From Rubripirellula sp. (GTDB lineage Bacteria > Planctomycetota > Planctomycetia > Pirellulales > Pirellulaceae), in the NCBI GenBank assembly GCA_965216875.1, contig OZ244207.1:2880001-2944000 (forward strand): DNA of 64,000 nucleotides, written 5' to 3'. The stretch's first letter is position 1. Each line of letters begins with the position of its first letter. The notes below the pieces were generated by a model, which saw only the letters and a program-made list of their open reading frames with translations, was not told the DNA's origin and searched no databases. This document shows positions 31,962 through 41,572 of the stretch, in pieces. The position numbers and the translations under genes are program-made.

Positions 31962-32834
31962 GTGTCGTCTGCTCGCGAGTTCTCATCATCGCTCCAGTGG
32001 TGGTTGCTGCGCTGGCCGATGCGCATCTCGGAATTCGTGGGTCGACAATTTCTAGGGCGATGCCACACGCTCGCCTCCGTCCTCGCGGTCCTCTGGGCAG
32101 CCGCCATCTTGGCCGTCCGCCCTTCCTCGTGGACGCCGCCAACTCGCACGGTGATGGCACGTCAGGTCTTATTCACCGCCGTCGATGCAGTTCCGCTGGT
32201 GATACGATTCGGCGCAGCGGTCGGCATTCTGATCATCGTCGAGGCGGCACTCTGGATCGACGCGTTAGGCGTTACGACCGACCTGATGGTTCCCATGATG
32301 TGGCGCGCCGTCGTCCGCGAAGTCGGACCGCTACTTGCTTGCCTGGTCGTCATCGGCCGCAGCGGCGTTGCGATCTCGACGGAGCTGGCAACCATGAAGG
32401 TCAGCGGCGAACTCGAAGTGCTGGACTCACAAGGCATCGACCCAATGACGTACCTGGTCATGCCGCGAATCTTGGCCGTCATCCTGAGCGTCTTCTCACT
32501 AGCCATCGTGATTTCCATTTCGATCATCGTCACCGGTTATTCGATCGGCTGGTTGATGGGTGCCATCCGAATGCCGTGGAGTGTCTTCCTTGACGACATT
32601 CTCCGCGAGTTCAATACCGTTGACCTCCTGTTCTTCGGCAGCAAGACGATCATCGCCGGTGCGTTCGTCGGTGCCATCTGTTCGTTGGATGGAGTGAGTG
32701 TTTCGGGGAACCTGACCGATGTCCCACGTGTATCCAGCGTCAGCGCGATCCGCGCCTTGACGGCAGTCTTCGCAGTCTCGGCGATTCTGTCGATCTTGAT
32801 CTACGGCCGTTTGCTCGCCTTTCGAATTGGCTGA
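31962..32834 (+). CDS. MlaE-family ABC permease
   Basis: 'REVGPLL..LVVIGRSG.A...ELATMKV.GELEVL...GIDP..YLVMPR' MlaE signature. Confidence 0.9.
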   Translation: MSSAREFSSSLQWWLLRWPMRISEFVGRQFLGRCHTLASVLAVLWAAAILAVRPSSWTPPTRTVMARQVLFTAVDAVPLVIRFGAAVGILIIVEAALWIDALGVTTDLMVPMMWRAVVREVGPLLACLVVIGRSGVAISTELATMKVSGELEVLDSQGIDPMTYLVMPRILAVILSVFSLAIVISISIIVTGYSIGWLMGAIRMPWSVFLDDILREFNTVDLLFFGSKTIIAGAFVGAICSLDGVSVSGNLTDVPRVSSVSAIRALTAVFAVSAILSILIYGRLLAFRIG

Positions 32835-32843
32835 TCGACGAAA

Positions 32844-33605
32844 ATGCAACAAGCGAACCAGACGACCGAACAACCCGAAAGCGGACAACCACCGCAGCGA
32901 CGCCGAGTGCTGGAACTGCGTGATGTCACTTTCGGCAGCCGTCCCGACACCTCACTCTGCGTTCGCAACCAATCGTTGTCGGTCCACTCGGGTGACCTCG
33001 TCCTGATTCGCGCAACCGCATCGCAGAACACGCGCCCCTTTACCTCAATGATGCAAGGGCTCGTACCGCCAACACAGGGCTCCGTCTTGTTCAGCGGCCG
33101 CGATTGGGCAAGGCAACATGCAAGAACGCAGTTTCGAATGCGCAGCCGCATCGGACGTGTATTCGACCAGCAAGCCTGGGTCGCCAACCTGAACGTTCGC
33201 GAGAATCTGTTGCTTGCCAAACAGCACTTTCGAGCCGACTTGAATGCCATCGAAGAAGAACTCAAGTTCTGGGCAAAATGGTTCCAACTCGATGGAGTCT
33301 CGCGCATCCGCCCGGCCTCCTTGGAAAACTCGCTGCTGCAAATCCATCAATGGATCCGCGCCTTCCTAGGTGGCCCGACTTTGCTGTTGCTCGAGCGTCC
33401 CATGCGGTTTGTCTCGGCAAACAGGTTTCCCAATTTCCTGGAGTCGATCCAGTACCTGCAAGAACGTGGCACCGCCGTGATCTGGATCGCCGGAAACACA
33501 CTCGGTGACAACTTGAAATCGATCTCGGCAACCAACTTGTTGGACCTGCGTCCTGAGGGCAAATCGAATCGGGACACTGACACCGCGGAGTCCGACCATG
33601 AGTGA
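32844..33605 (+). CDS. MlaF-like ABC ATPase-fold protein with degenerate Walker A/signature motifs
   Basis: ABC-like segments 'GLVPPTQGSVLFSG', 'IGRVF', 'NLNVRENLLL', 'PTLLLLERP', but no GxxGxGKS or LSGG. Confidence 0.8.
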   Translation: MQQANQTTEQPESGQPPQRRRVLELRDVTFGSRPDTSLCVRNQSLSVHSGDLVLIRATASQNTRPFTSMMQGLVPPTQGSVLFSGRDWARQHARTQFRMRSRIGRVFDQQAWVANLNVRENLLLAKQHFRADLNAIEEELKFWAKWFQLDGVSRIRPASLENSLLQIHQWIRAFLGGPTLLLLERPMRFVSANRFPNFLESIQYLQERGTAVIWIAGNTLGDNLKSISATNLLDLRPEGKSNRDTDTAESDHE

Positions 33606-34635
33606 TCCTTATCGTCTTCGCTATACGAATCAGGCGGTCGGTGTTTTCCTACTCGTCGTTTTGTTGTTTGTAATCGGCCTCTCCGTGTTGGTGCTACGAG
33701 CCGGGGACTACTTCGTCGAGAAGGATCACTACTGGATTGAGGTCCCACAGGAAGATGTCCGCGATCTTTACAAAGGCACGGAGGTGATGATCCTTGGTGA
33801 ACGGGCCGGCGAAATCGACAGCATCCAGTACGCGGATTCCACGGACAAAGTGCGTCTGAACTTAAGTATCGACCCCAAGATGAGCTCACAAATCTTCGTC
33901 GATTCCGTCGTGCGTCAGGATCGCAAGTTCGGCTTGGGCACTCCCATTTTGATGATTCGACGCGGTGCGACACTGGGCGCCGAAAGAACACGACTGTTGC
34001 CCGGAAGCGCCTTGCAGAACTACGAAGGACAGTCTGACCGACTCGAGGCTGTCGCCAACCAAGTCGCTACCGTCAGCGAAGCGATTCGTTTGATGCAAGA
34101 ACAACTCGAGCCCACGCTGTTGAGCATGACGGCGGCGTCGGATCAGCTTCGAACGACGCTCGCGACGAGCACCGAGCCCGCGTTGCAGGAAACGCAAAAG
34201 GCAGCAAGCTCCTTCTTTGAGACCAACGAAACGCTGCGTCCAAAAACGGCCGAAACGCTGGATTCCGTCCAACAAGCGACGCAAGTCATGCAGGACAAAG
34301 TCACTCAACTGACGCGTGAAATCTCCGAATCTGCCGACAGCGTCCGCCTTGCAGCTGATTCCGTGGCCCGAACTTCGGATGAGACGAACGAAGATCTGGC
34401 CGAAACGCTCGCTTCCTTTCGTGAAGCGGCTGAGCAAGTCCAACGTCTGGCGATCCAAACCCAGGAACTTGTTCGCGTGATTCGTTCCGAGGCAAACCAC
34501 CTGCCGGGGACGACCGAGCGGTTGAATGAAACCGTCGGCGACACCCAAGATCTGGTCGGCGAGATACGGGGGCATTGGTTGCTGCGCAATTCGCGCGATG
34601 CCAATCCACCTCGCGGAGGTAGCGTGCGACCGTGA
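33598..34635 (+). CDS. MlaD/MCE-domain protein with long coiled coil
   Basis: N-terminal TM 'VGVFLLVVLL', MCE motif 'LYKGTEVMILG..AGEI', C-terminal heptad region. Confidence 0.88.
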   Translation: MSDPYRLRYTNQAVGVFLLVVLLFVIGLSVLVLRAGDYFVEKDHYWIEVPQEDVRDLYKGTEVMILGERAGEIDSIQYADSTDKVRLNLSIDPKMSSQIFVDSVVRQDRKFGLGTPILMIRRGATLGAERTRLLPGSALQNYEGQSDRLEAVANQVATVSEAIRLMQEQLEPTLLSMTAASDQLRTTLATSTEPALQETQKAASSFFETNETLRPKTAETLDSVQQATQVMQDKVTQLTREISESADSVRLAADSVARTSDETNEDLAETLASFREAAEQVQRLAIQTQELVRVIRSEANHLPGTTERLNETVGDTQDLVGEIRGHWLLRNSRDANPPRGGSVRP

Positions 34636-35777
34636 TTGATTTGCGTCACTCTCACGTTCAATACTGCATTACCGCTATGTTGGCCTTGGTCCTCGTGGTC
34701 GGTTGTCGCTCGTCGATGCCGAAACGATCTGCAACCGTCGCGAGCGTGGTTCGATCTTCAGATGACGGTGCAGAGAGTCTTGCCGAAGGGGATACCCTTG
34801 CTGCGATCCGATCGTTTCGCCGAGCCGTTCATCGAGCGTGGGCATCCGATGATCCCTATCATGCCGGCACCAACGCCTACAACTTGGCGGCGGCATTGTT
34901 TGCCCACGAAGATCATGCCCAGCATCCCAGCGATGCGCTCAACTGGTTGATTGACGCCCGCGTCGAATTGAAACGCGCAGGCACCTCTGCTGGAAATACC
35001 TATTTACTCGAATCGAAAATCGCCCAAGCCGAAGGTCGCGTCGACGATGCGATGCGCATGATTCGATTGGCATCCTGCAGCGCACCCCCCTGCGGAAAGA
35101 CGGAACACGATGCGCCGTCCGAATGCGGTCGGTCAAAACTCGCCTGTGTGCCTTGGTTGGGCGACAAACTTGAAGAGCGAAAGAAGTTCGCGCAATGTGC
35201 CGACGATTATCGCGCGCAAGTCCATTTGGCCCGTTCACGTTTGGCAGCTGGTAGCTTTGAGCTTGCACTCGCCTCTGGGCATCTCGCCGAAGCGAAACAC
35301 CTCGCCGAAGATGTCTGCGGCGATGAGCTTCGGGCCGAGATTCACCACGCAACGGCGTTGATCGAAATGGCTCGCGGCAAGTTCCTCAGCGCCGCTGCCC
35401 ATTTTGATTGCGAGGCAAAAGCTTGGAGGTTGGCTGGAACCTACCGCAAAGTCCCTGATGCCTTGCAACTCGCAGCCGCGGCCTACCAGCAAGTCGACCG
35501 ATTCGACTTAGCGTCCGACCGACTCTGCCGGTCCGCTCGTTGTTTGTTCGCCCAAGGCAAACTCCAACGATCGTGGGAAGCTGTCCAACAAGCGTTCACC
35601 TTCGCCGAACTCACCCCAACGCAATCTGCCAACATTCGCCTCATGCTCACCGCCCAAGAGATCGAAATGGCGCTGACCGAGCAGACCGGCGGAAAGCCAA
35701 GCAAGTCGAAACCGGAGCCCCAGGAACCGAGCGTTGCGCCAGAACTCCTGCCTGCCGGCATGTTGCTGTCGGACTAA
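34632..35777 (+). CDS. TPR-like helical lipoprotein
   Basis: Lipobox 'VVGC', Ala-rich helical repeats; overlaps the MCE gene stop (GTGA). Confidence 0.75.
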   Translation: MIDLRHSHVQYCITAMLALVLVVGCRSSMPKRSATVASVVRSSDDGAESLAEGDTLAAIRSFRRAVHRAWASDDPYHAGTNAYNLAAALFAHEDHAQHPSDALNWLIDARVELKRAGTSAGNTYLLESKIAQAEGRVDDAMRMIRLASCSAPPCGKTEHDAPSECGRSKLACVPWLGDKLEERKKFAQCADDYRAQVHLARSRLAAGSFELALASGHLAEAKHLAEDVCGDELRAEIHHATALIEMARGKFLSAAAHFDCEAKAWRLAGTYRKVPDALQLAAAAYQQVDRFDLASDRLCRSARCLFAQGKLQRSWEAVQQAFTFAELTPTQSANIRLMLTAQEIEMALTEQTGGKPSKSKPEPQEPSVAPELLPAGMLLSD

Positions 35778-36076
35778 TCACAACCATCCTCGTGAGCCCA
35801 ACGCGTTAGCGTCGGGCCCTTGCGCTCTCTTCAGAGTCGCCTTTCGCTCCGCGAAAGCAGCGCGCACAAACGCAACTTTTGCGGAGCAAAAGGCGACCAT
35901 GTCCGGATTCGACTCCGGATAATCACAGCCATCCTCGCGAGCCGAACGCGCTAGCGTCGGGCCCTTGCACTCTCTTCAGAGCCGCCTTTCGCTCCGCGAA
36001 AGCAGCGCACACAAACGCAACTTTTGCGGAGCAAAAGGCGACTATGTCCGGATTCGACTCCGGATAATCACAACCT
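35775..36076. repeat. 145-bp tandem repeat (2 copies + stub) built from REP-like palindromes
   Basis: Unit starts TAATCACA at 35775, 35920 and 36065; each full unit has GAGCCnAACGCGyTAGCGTCGGGC, the family A palindrome and TCCGGATTCGACTCCGGA. Confidence 0.9.
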
Positions 36077-36156
36077 TACCGCGAACCGTGCGCGCCCTTG
36101 CTTTCTATTAAGGAGCCCGGAACGCCCGACCCGCAAGCACGTTCGGCCCAACCAGA

Positions 36157-37437
36157 TCACTGACGATCGGCGAGATCATGAAAGACAACAATCGATGGGT
36201 TGCCTACCGGAACGTAGTGGCCTGTAAACTTCAATCTTCCTGATACCTTGTCGACGCGAAACGCAGCGAGGTGATCGGCCCGTTGGTTGCAGGAATAGAG
36301 GAATTCACCCGACGGCGTGAAATTGAAACTACGTGGGTAATCACCACGAGTCCATTCGTCGGCCACAAACGTGAGCTCGCCTGTTTTACCAACCGAGAAA
36401 ATGCCGATGCTATCGTGCAATCGGTTCCCCACGTAAACGAAACGACCGTCGTCAGAGACGAGAATCCCGGAGCAGAAGTTGCTGCCAGCGTAACCGGGGG
36501 GCAGACTCGAAATCGTCTTACGAGCCGACAACTTACCGGTGTTGGAATCGTAGTCGAAAAGCACGATCGTCGAACCTTCCTCCTGCAGCGAATACATCCA
36601 GCGTCCATTCGGATGAAAATGAAAATGTCGCGGACCATCACCCGGTGGCAGCGATACCGAGGCGGCATCGTTCGCTGAAAGCCTGCCATTCTTGGCGTCG
36701 AATTCCCACACAAAAATCTTGTCGAGCCCCAGATCGACATGCAAAACAAAGCGGCCTGACGGGTCCGACTCGATCATGTGAGCGTGAGCCTGGTCGTGCC
36801 CACTGAAAGCGAAACTGCCCGGCGGCGCATTCGTTGCCTTCGTGGGCCCCACCGTTCCTGCGTCCTGTTTGAAATCGGTCGCTTCACCGAGGCGCCCGTC
36901 GGGCAAGATTGGAAGCACGGCCACCGAGCCGCCGAAATAATTCGCCACGAGCACGAACTTGCCAGAGGGATGGATGCTTAAGTGTGCCGGCCCTTTGCCA
37001 CCTGAGCTGACTGAATTGAGCAGTTTGAGCTTTCCATCGACCGGACTGACCGCGAACGCACTGACCGATCCCGCTTCATTGGCTCCGGTGCGCTCCGTCT
37101 CGTTGGCCGAATAGAGTCGAGTTCGGTCCTTGTTGAAAACCAACGCGCTCGGGCTCGTTCCCATCTCGTGCACATCATAGGGACTCATCTCGCCCGTCTG
37201 TCGATCAACCTCGAAAAGGTGAATGCCGCGTCCGTTTCCCGGCGGAAGATCAACTTGGGTCGGACGCATGTTCTTCAATGGCGAAGTGTAGGTTCCGACA
37301 TAGGCAATCAACGGTCGCTTCTCGTTTTGCGCATGGACTCGGGAGATTCCCGTTGCCAACAAACCCGACAAGGCGAACGAGACCAGCAGGAAATGACGCC
37401 AAACTCGGCGATGCGTTTTCATCAAAACGATGCTCAC
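36157..37437 (-). CDS. lactonase family beta-propeller (6-phosphogluconolactonase-like), secreted
   Basis: 'YVGTYT', 'VANYFGGSV', 'HAHM', 'DLGLD', 'GPRHF.FHPNG', 'PRSF'. Confidence 0.9.
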   Translation of the reverse strand: MSIVLMKTHRRVWRHFLLVSFALSGLLATGISRVHAQNEKRPLIAYVGTYTSPLKNMRPTQVDLPPGNGRGIHLFEVDRQTGEMSPYDVHEMGTSPSALVFNKDRTRLYSANETERTGANEAGSVSAFAVSPVDGKLKLLNSVSSGGKGPAHLSIHPSGKFVLVANYFGGSVAVLPILPDGRLGEATDFKQDAGTVGPTKATNAPPGSFAFSGHDQAHAHMIESDPSGRFVLHVDLGLDKIFVWEFDAKNGRLSANDAASVSLPPGDGPRHFHFHPNGRWMYSLQEEGSTIVLFDYDSNTGKLSARKTISSLPPGYAGSNFCSGILVSDDGRFVYVGNRLHDSIGIFSVGKTGELTFVADEWTRGDYPRSFNFTPSGEFLYSCNQRADHLAAFRVDKVSGRLKFTGHYVPVGNPSIVVFHDLADRQ

Positions 37438-37672
37438 AGATGGGTTAAGAACAAACAGACCTTAGCACTGAAACGGGGCAAGGCGGGTCACCATCTTAAT
37501 CATTTGTAAACTGGCCAACTGCCTGGCTCCGTTGGGGGATTCATGAATCCAGTCCTCTCGTCGCAGAGCGAGTGCGCGTGCCATTCTCGCCGCGCCATCC
37601 AGCTACAATGGGTAACGCAAACTTCAGCAACCAAGCGAGCAAATCCCCAAGCCACTGCCACAAGAAACACGC

Positions 37673-39247
37673 ATGTCAAGAAACCGGAAAGAGAGTCGAC
37701 GCTACGGCATCGAGCGACGTGAGTTCCTGCAATACGTTGCCGCCGTCTCCGCGATCCCCACCATCGCCATGCGCGCCGAAGGGCAGATCACCAGCAATCC
37801 AACTTTCGCTGCGAATCCTTTTACGCTTGGCGTTGCCTCGGGCGATCCCGAACCGGATGGCGTGGTCATCTGGACTCGCCTGGCGCCTTCACCGCTCGAT
37901 GGCAGCGGCATGCCGAACGAAGCCGTTGCGGTTCAGTGGGAAGTCGCCACGGATGAATCGTTTGGCAATGTGGTGCGCAAGGGCACGGCACTGGCAATGC
38001 CTCAACTTGGGCACAGCGTGCATGTCGAGGTTGACAGGCTTCAGCCGCATCGCTGGTACTTTTACCGCTTTCACGCGGGCAACGAAACCAGTCCCGTCGG
38101 ACGAACGAGGACGGCTCCGGCACTCGATGCGATGCCCGACCGACTCCGCTTCGCGTTCACATCGTGCCAACACTACGAAACCGGATACTTCAATGGGTAT
38201 CCGCATATGCAAAAGGACGACCTTGACCTCGTCGTCCATCTCGGTGACTACATCTACGAATACAAGGGACACGACAACCGAGTTCGCAAACACCTCGGCA
38301 ACGAGATTGTCAGCCTCGACGACTACCGCAGGCGATACGCCCAGTATCGACTCGACGGCATGCTGCAAGATGCGCATCGACTGTTTCCGTGGCTTGTCAC
38401 TTGGGATGACCACGAGTTCGATAACAACTATGCGAACCTTGTTTCGGAGGAAGAAGGCGTGTCGCCGGAAGCCTTCCTCGCGCGACGGATGAACGCATAC
38501 CAGGCCTATTACGAATTCATGCCTCTTCGACGCCGCTCGTTCCCGCAGGGGCCCAACATGAGGCTCTATCGTGACTGTCGATACGGGCGGCTCGCAAATT
38601 TCTGTGTCCTGGATACTCGCCAGTACCGAACGGATCAACCCAACGGCGACGGCCAGAAACCGATGGTCGACAAAGTCTTCGATTCACAAGCGACAATGCT
38701 CGGTGGCAACCAAGAACGTTGGCTGATGTCCAACCTGCTGCAATCACAGTCCATCTGGAACGTGTTGGCACAACAAGTGATGATGGCCCCACTCAATCGA
38801 GGAAAAGGTGACGATCATCGCTACAGCATGGACCAGTGGCCGGGCTACGAGATCAGTCGACGACGGTTGATCCAGTTCTTCCACGAACGCCAGATTCCCA
38901 ATCCGGTTGTGCTCACCGGTGATATCCACATCAACTGGGTGAACGACTTGCAGCTCGATTTCAAGGACGCAAACTCACCGCTGGTCGCAACCGAATTCGT
39001 CGGCACTGCGATGACCTCGGGCGGAAACGGCGGGAACGTGATTCCAGAATACGAACGAGCGGCCGCGCAGAACGATTTCGTGAAGTGGTACAACTCAAAT
39101 CGCGGCTACGTGACCTGTGATGTCACGCCCGAAACGTGGACGTCGTACTTCCAATGCACTCCCTATGTCGACAAACCCGGTGCACCGATCGAAACCAAAG
39201 GGACGTTTGTCGTCGAAGCAGGGCGGGCGGGGGCCAACTCCGCGTAA
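37673..39247 (+). CDS. phoD: alkaline phosphatase D family protein (Tat-exported)
   Basis: Tat 'ERREFL', 'FTLGVASGDP', 'SCQHYE', 'HLGDYIYE', 'WDDHE', 'DTRQYR', 'TGDIH'. Confidence 0.93.
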   Translation: MSRNRKESRRYGIERREFLQYVAAVSAIPTIAMRAEGQITSNPTFAANPFTLGVASGDPEPDGVVIWTRLAPSPLDGSGMPNEAVAVQWEVATDESFGNVVRKGTALAMPQLGHSVHVEVDRLQPHRWYFYRFHAGNETSPVGRTRTAPALDAMPDRLRFAFTSCQHYETGYFNGYPHMQKDDLDLVVHLGDYIYEYKGHDNRVRKHLGNEIVSLDDYRRRYAQYRLDGMLQDAHRLFPWLVTWDDHEFDNNYANLVSEEEGVSPEAFLARRMNAYQAYYEFMPLRRRSFPQGPNMRLYRDCRYGRLANFCVLDTRQYRTDQPNGDGQKPMVDKVFDSQATMLGGNQERWLMSNLLQSQSIWNVLAQQVMMAPLNRGKGDDHRYSMDQWPGYEISRRRLIQFFHERQIPNPVVLTGDIHINWVNDLQLDFKDANSPLVATEFVGTAMTSGGNGGNVIPEYERAAAQNDFVKWYNSNRGYVTCDVTPETWTSYFQCTPYVDKPGAPIETKGTFVVEAGRAGANSA

Positions 39248-39312
39248 GTCACACCGAAGCAAGAAAAGATTCGAGCTTCTTTTCAAACCTGTTGCCAGCA
39301 GTCCACATCACC

Positions 39313-40224
39313 ATGAAGACAAAGCATCAAGTCATCGGACACGATCGACGCATGCTCCTCCGCAGCGGCGCGCTGATTTTGGCCTCAACTGCGATCGATC
39401 CCGCAACGCTGCTTGGCGACGACAGACAGTCAAACTCCCCTGCGGCGAAACTTCGGATCGGCCTGGTGACCGACTTGCACTTCGCCGACAAATCACCCGC
39501 GGGAACGCGTCACTACCGTGAGACGCTTGACAAGCTTGAAGAAGCAGCGATCCAGTTCAACCAAAATAAGCTCGATTTCGTCGTTGAACTCGGCGACCTC
39601 ATCGATGCTGCGGCATCGGTCGACGTTGAACGCCGGTACCTAAAGACGATCAACACCCAATTCTCGAAGATTTGCAATGATCGACACTATGTCTTAGGCA
39701 ATCACTGCGTCGACACATTGACGAAAGACGAATTCCTCGGTGGCGTCGAAAAAACCAAGTCGTACTACTCGTTCGATCGTGGTGGCTACCACTTCGTCGT
39801 CCTGGATTCTTGTTTCCGAAGCGACGGACAACCGTATGGCCGACGGAACTTCAAATGGACCGACGCCAACGTGCCCCCAGCTGAACTCGATTGGCTGAAA
39901 GCCGATCTGCAGTCGAATCGTTCCCCAGTTATCGTGTTTGCGCACCAACGACTCGATGTGTCCAACAACCACGGTGTCCGCAACAATGCAGAGGTACGTA
40001 AAGTCTTGGAATCCGCAGGCAACGTCCTTGCCGTATTCCAGGGCCACAGTCACCAAAACGACCTAAAAACGATTGGCGGCATCCACTACTGCACGCTGGT
40101 AGCGATGGTCGAAGGTTCCGGCGAAGCCAACAACGGCTATTCAGTGATGGAATTGGATGAACAGGGGACGATTCGATTGACAGGATTCCGAAAGCAGAAG
40201 AGCCGCAATTGGCCTGCAAAGTGA
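39313..40224 (+). CDS. calcineurin-like metallophosphoesterase (Tat-exported)
   Basis: 'DRRMLL' Tat-like, 'TDLH', 'GDLID', 'GNH', 'GHSH'. Confidence 0.9.
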   Translation: MKTKHQVIGHDRRMLLRSGALILASTAIDPATLLGDDRQSNSPAAKLRIGLVTDLHFADKSPAGTRHYRETLDKLEEAAIQFNQNKLDFVVELGDLIDAAASVDVERRYLKTINTQFSKICNDRHYVLGNHCVDTLTKDEFLGGVEKTKSYYSFDRGGYHFVVLDSCFRSDGQPYGRRNFKWTDANVPPAELDWLKADLQSNRSPVIVFAHQRLDVSNNHGVRNNAEVRKVLESAGNVLAVFQGHSHQNDLKTIGGIHYCTLVAMVEGSGEANNGYSVMELDEQGTIRLTGFRKQKSRNWPAK

Positions 40225-40240
40225 ACCCGCTCCGCAGCCT

Positions 40241-40744
40241 ATGCCTGGACAATCGAGCGAGCGTGCTGTGAGAAAAAGGACTGGCAAGCGACGACAGTCC
40301 GCTAGTTTCTGCGCAAGGTCGATTCTCGCGTTGGTGTTTGTGGTCGCGTCCATCGCAAAGTCCCTTGACCTGAGCCGCTTCGCACAGCGTGTCGGCGACT
40401 TCGGACTCGTATTCGATTGGCTGGTGACGCCAACAGCATGGGCGATCGTGCTCGCTGAGTTGCTTATCGGCATCTCCCTGCTGCTGCGACGACGGTACAG
40501 CTTGACCGCTGCTGCGGGGCTGCTTCTACTTTTCGTTGGCACCCTGATGTACGGGATCGCGATCGGCCTGAACATCGATTGCGGGTGCTTTGGCCCGGCC
40601 ATACAGGTCAGCTTAGAGACTCAGCTACTCGCTGATCTTGGATTACTTTTGCTCTGCGCCGTCGTCTACTGGAGCGAAAAACGAATCTCACAACGTTTCG
40701 CTAGCGACGTCCTTCAAAACCCCGTCACCAATGAATCTCCATGA
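40241..40744 (+). CDS. MauE/DoxX family membrane protein
   Basis: 'E...G..LL' and 'GLNIDCGCFG' MauE signature. Confidence 0.88.
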   Translation: MPGQSSERAVRKRTGKRRQSASFCARSILALVFVVASIAKSLDLSRFAQRVGDFGLVFDWLVTPTAWAIVLAELLIGISLLLRRRYSLTAAAGLLLLFVGTLMYGIAIGLNIDCGCFGPAIQVSLETQLLADLGLLLLCAVVYWSEKRISQRFASDVLQNPVTNESP

Positions 40745-41256
40745 ATCGTTTGACTCCGATACGTTCTCTGCTGCTGGTAGCCGCGATTGCAATGACTGGC
40801 TGCGGCACCAACCGATTCGAGCAAGAAGTGCAGACCGAGGAAGCGGCCGTCAAACTCGCCAACGAAACGCTCGCAGGCGGCTATCAGTTGGTCGCGACAG
40901 CCGAACTGAAGAAGATGCTCGATAATGGCGAGGACTTTCTGCTTGTCGATGCCATGCCGGCCGAGGACAGCTACAACAAAGGCCACATCAAACAGGCGGT
41001 CAATTTCGCTTTCCCCAAGGAGGTGATGAAAGGTTGGGACGACGATGTGATGGCCGGTCAGGAGCAAGATGCCTTTGCGGAAATGCTGGGAGAGGACAGG
41101 AATCGCAAACTTGTGTTCTACTGCGGGTTTGTCAAATGCGCTCGCAGTCACAATGCCGCCATCTGCGCGAAAGAGTTAGGCTACACCAACATCTACCGTT
41201 ACCCCGGCGGCATTCACGCTTGGCGAGGCGCAGGCAACCCACTCACCACCGACTAG
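40741..41256 (+). CDS. rhodanese-like domain lipoprotein (sulfurtransferase)
   Basis: Lipobox 'MTGC', 'YNKGHI..AVNF', 'FYCGFVKCARSH', 'YPGGIHAW'; ATGA overlap with mauE-like gene. Confidence 0.9.
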   Translation: MNRLTPIRSLLLVAAIAMTGCGTNRFEQEVQTEEAAVKLANETLAGGYQLVATAELKKMLDNGEDFLLVDAMPAEDSYNKGHIKQAVNFAFPKEVMKGWDDDVMAGQEQDAFAEMLGEDRNRKLVFYCGFVKCARSHNAAICAKELGYTNIYRYPGGIHAWRGAGNPLTTD

Positions 41257-41297
41257 CTCGCTCGCGAAAGAGGCCCGAAAAGCTTAGACAAAAAAAA

Positions 41298-41491
41298 TGA
41301 GTGCGATCGTCCTAACCTGATCACACCAACTTCGGGCCCTCCCATTTTTCTGCCCTCCATCTTTCTGCCTCCTCTCCCGCTCGCAATGACCAATTGATCG
41401 ATTTCTTCGTTGAGCGCGATCGTCCCGACTTCACCACACCGACGTCGAGAACTCCCATTTTTCTCCCCGCCATCTTTCTGTCTCCTCTTCC
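41298..41491 (+). repeat. tandem pair of ~113-bp pyrimidine-rich repeat (family D)
   Basis: Core CTCCCATTTTTCTGCCCTCCATCTTTCTG; units start ~41298 and ~41411; sister pair at 42657-42836. Confidence 0.8.
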
Positions 41492-41572
41492 ACCTGATCA
41501 ATCGGAAACACCTCGAATCTAGACAGGCCGCAATAATACGTACGAAGGTCACACGAGCGTACGATCGACAGC

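Noticed and set aside
35775..36076. Tandem palindromic repeats as a mini-CRISPR
   Set aside because: Whole 145-bp units are repeated, including the would-be spacers, and the motifs are dispersed REP-like elements
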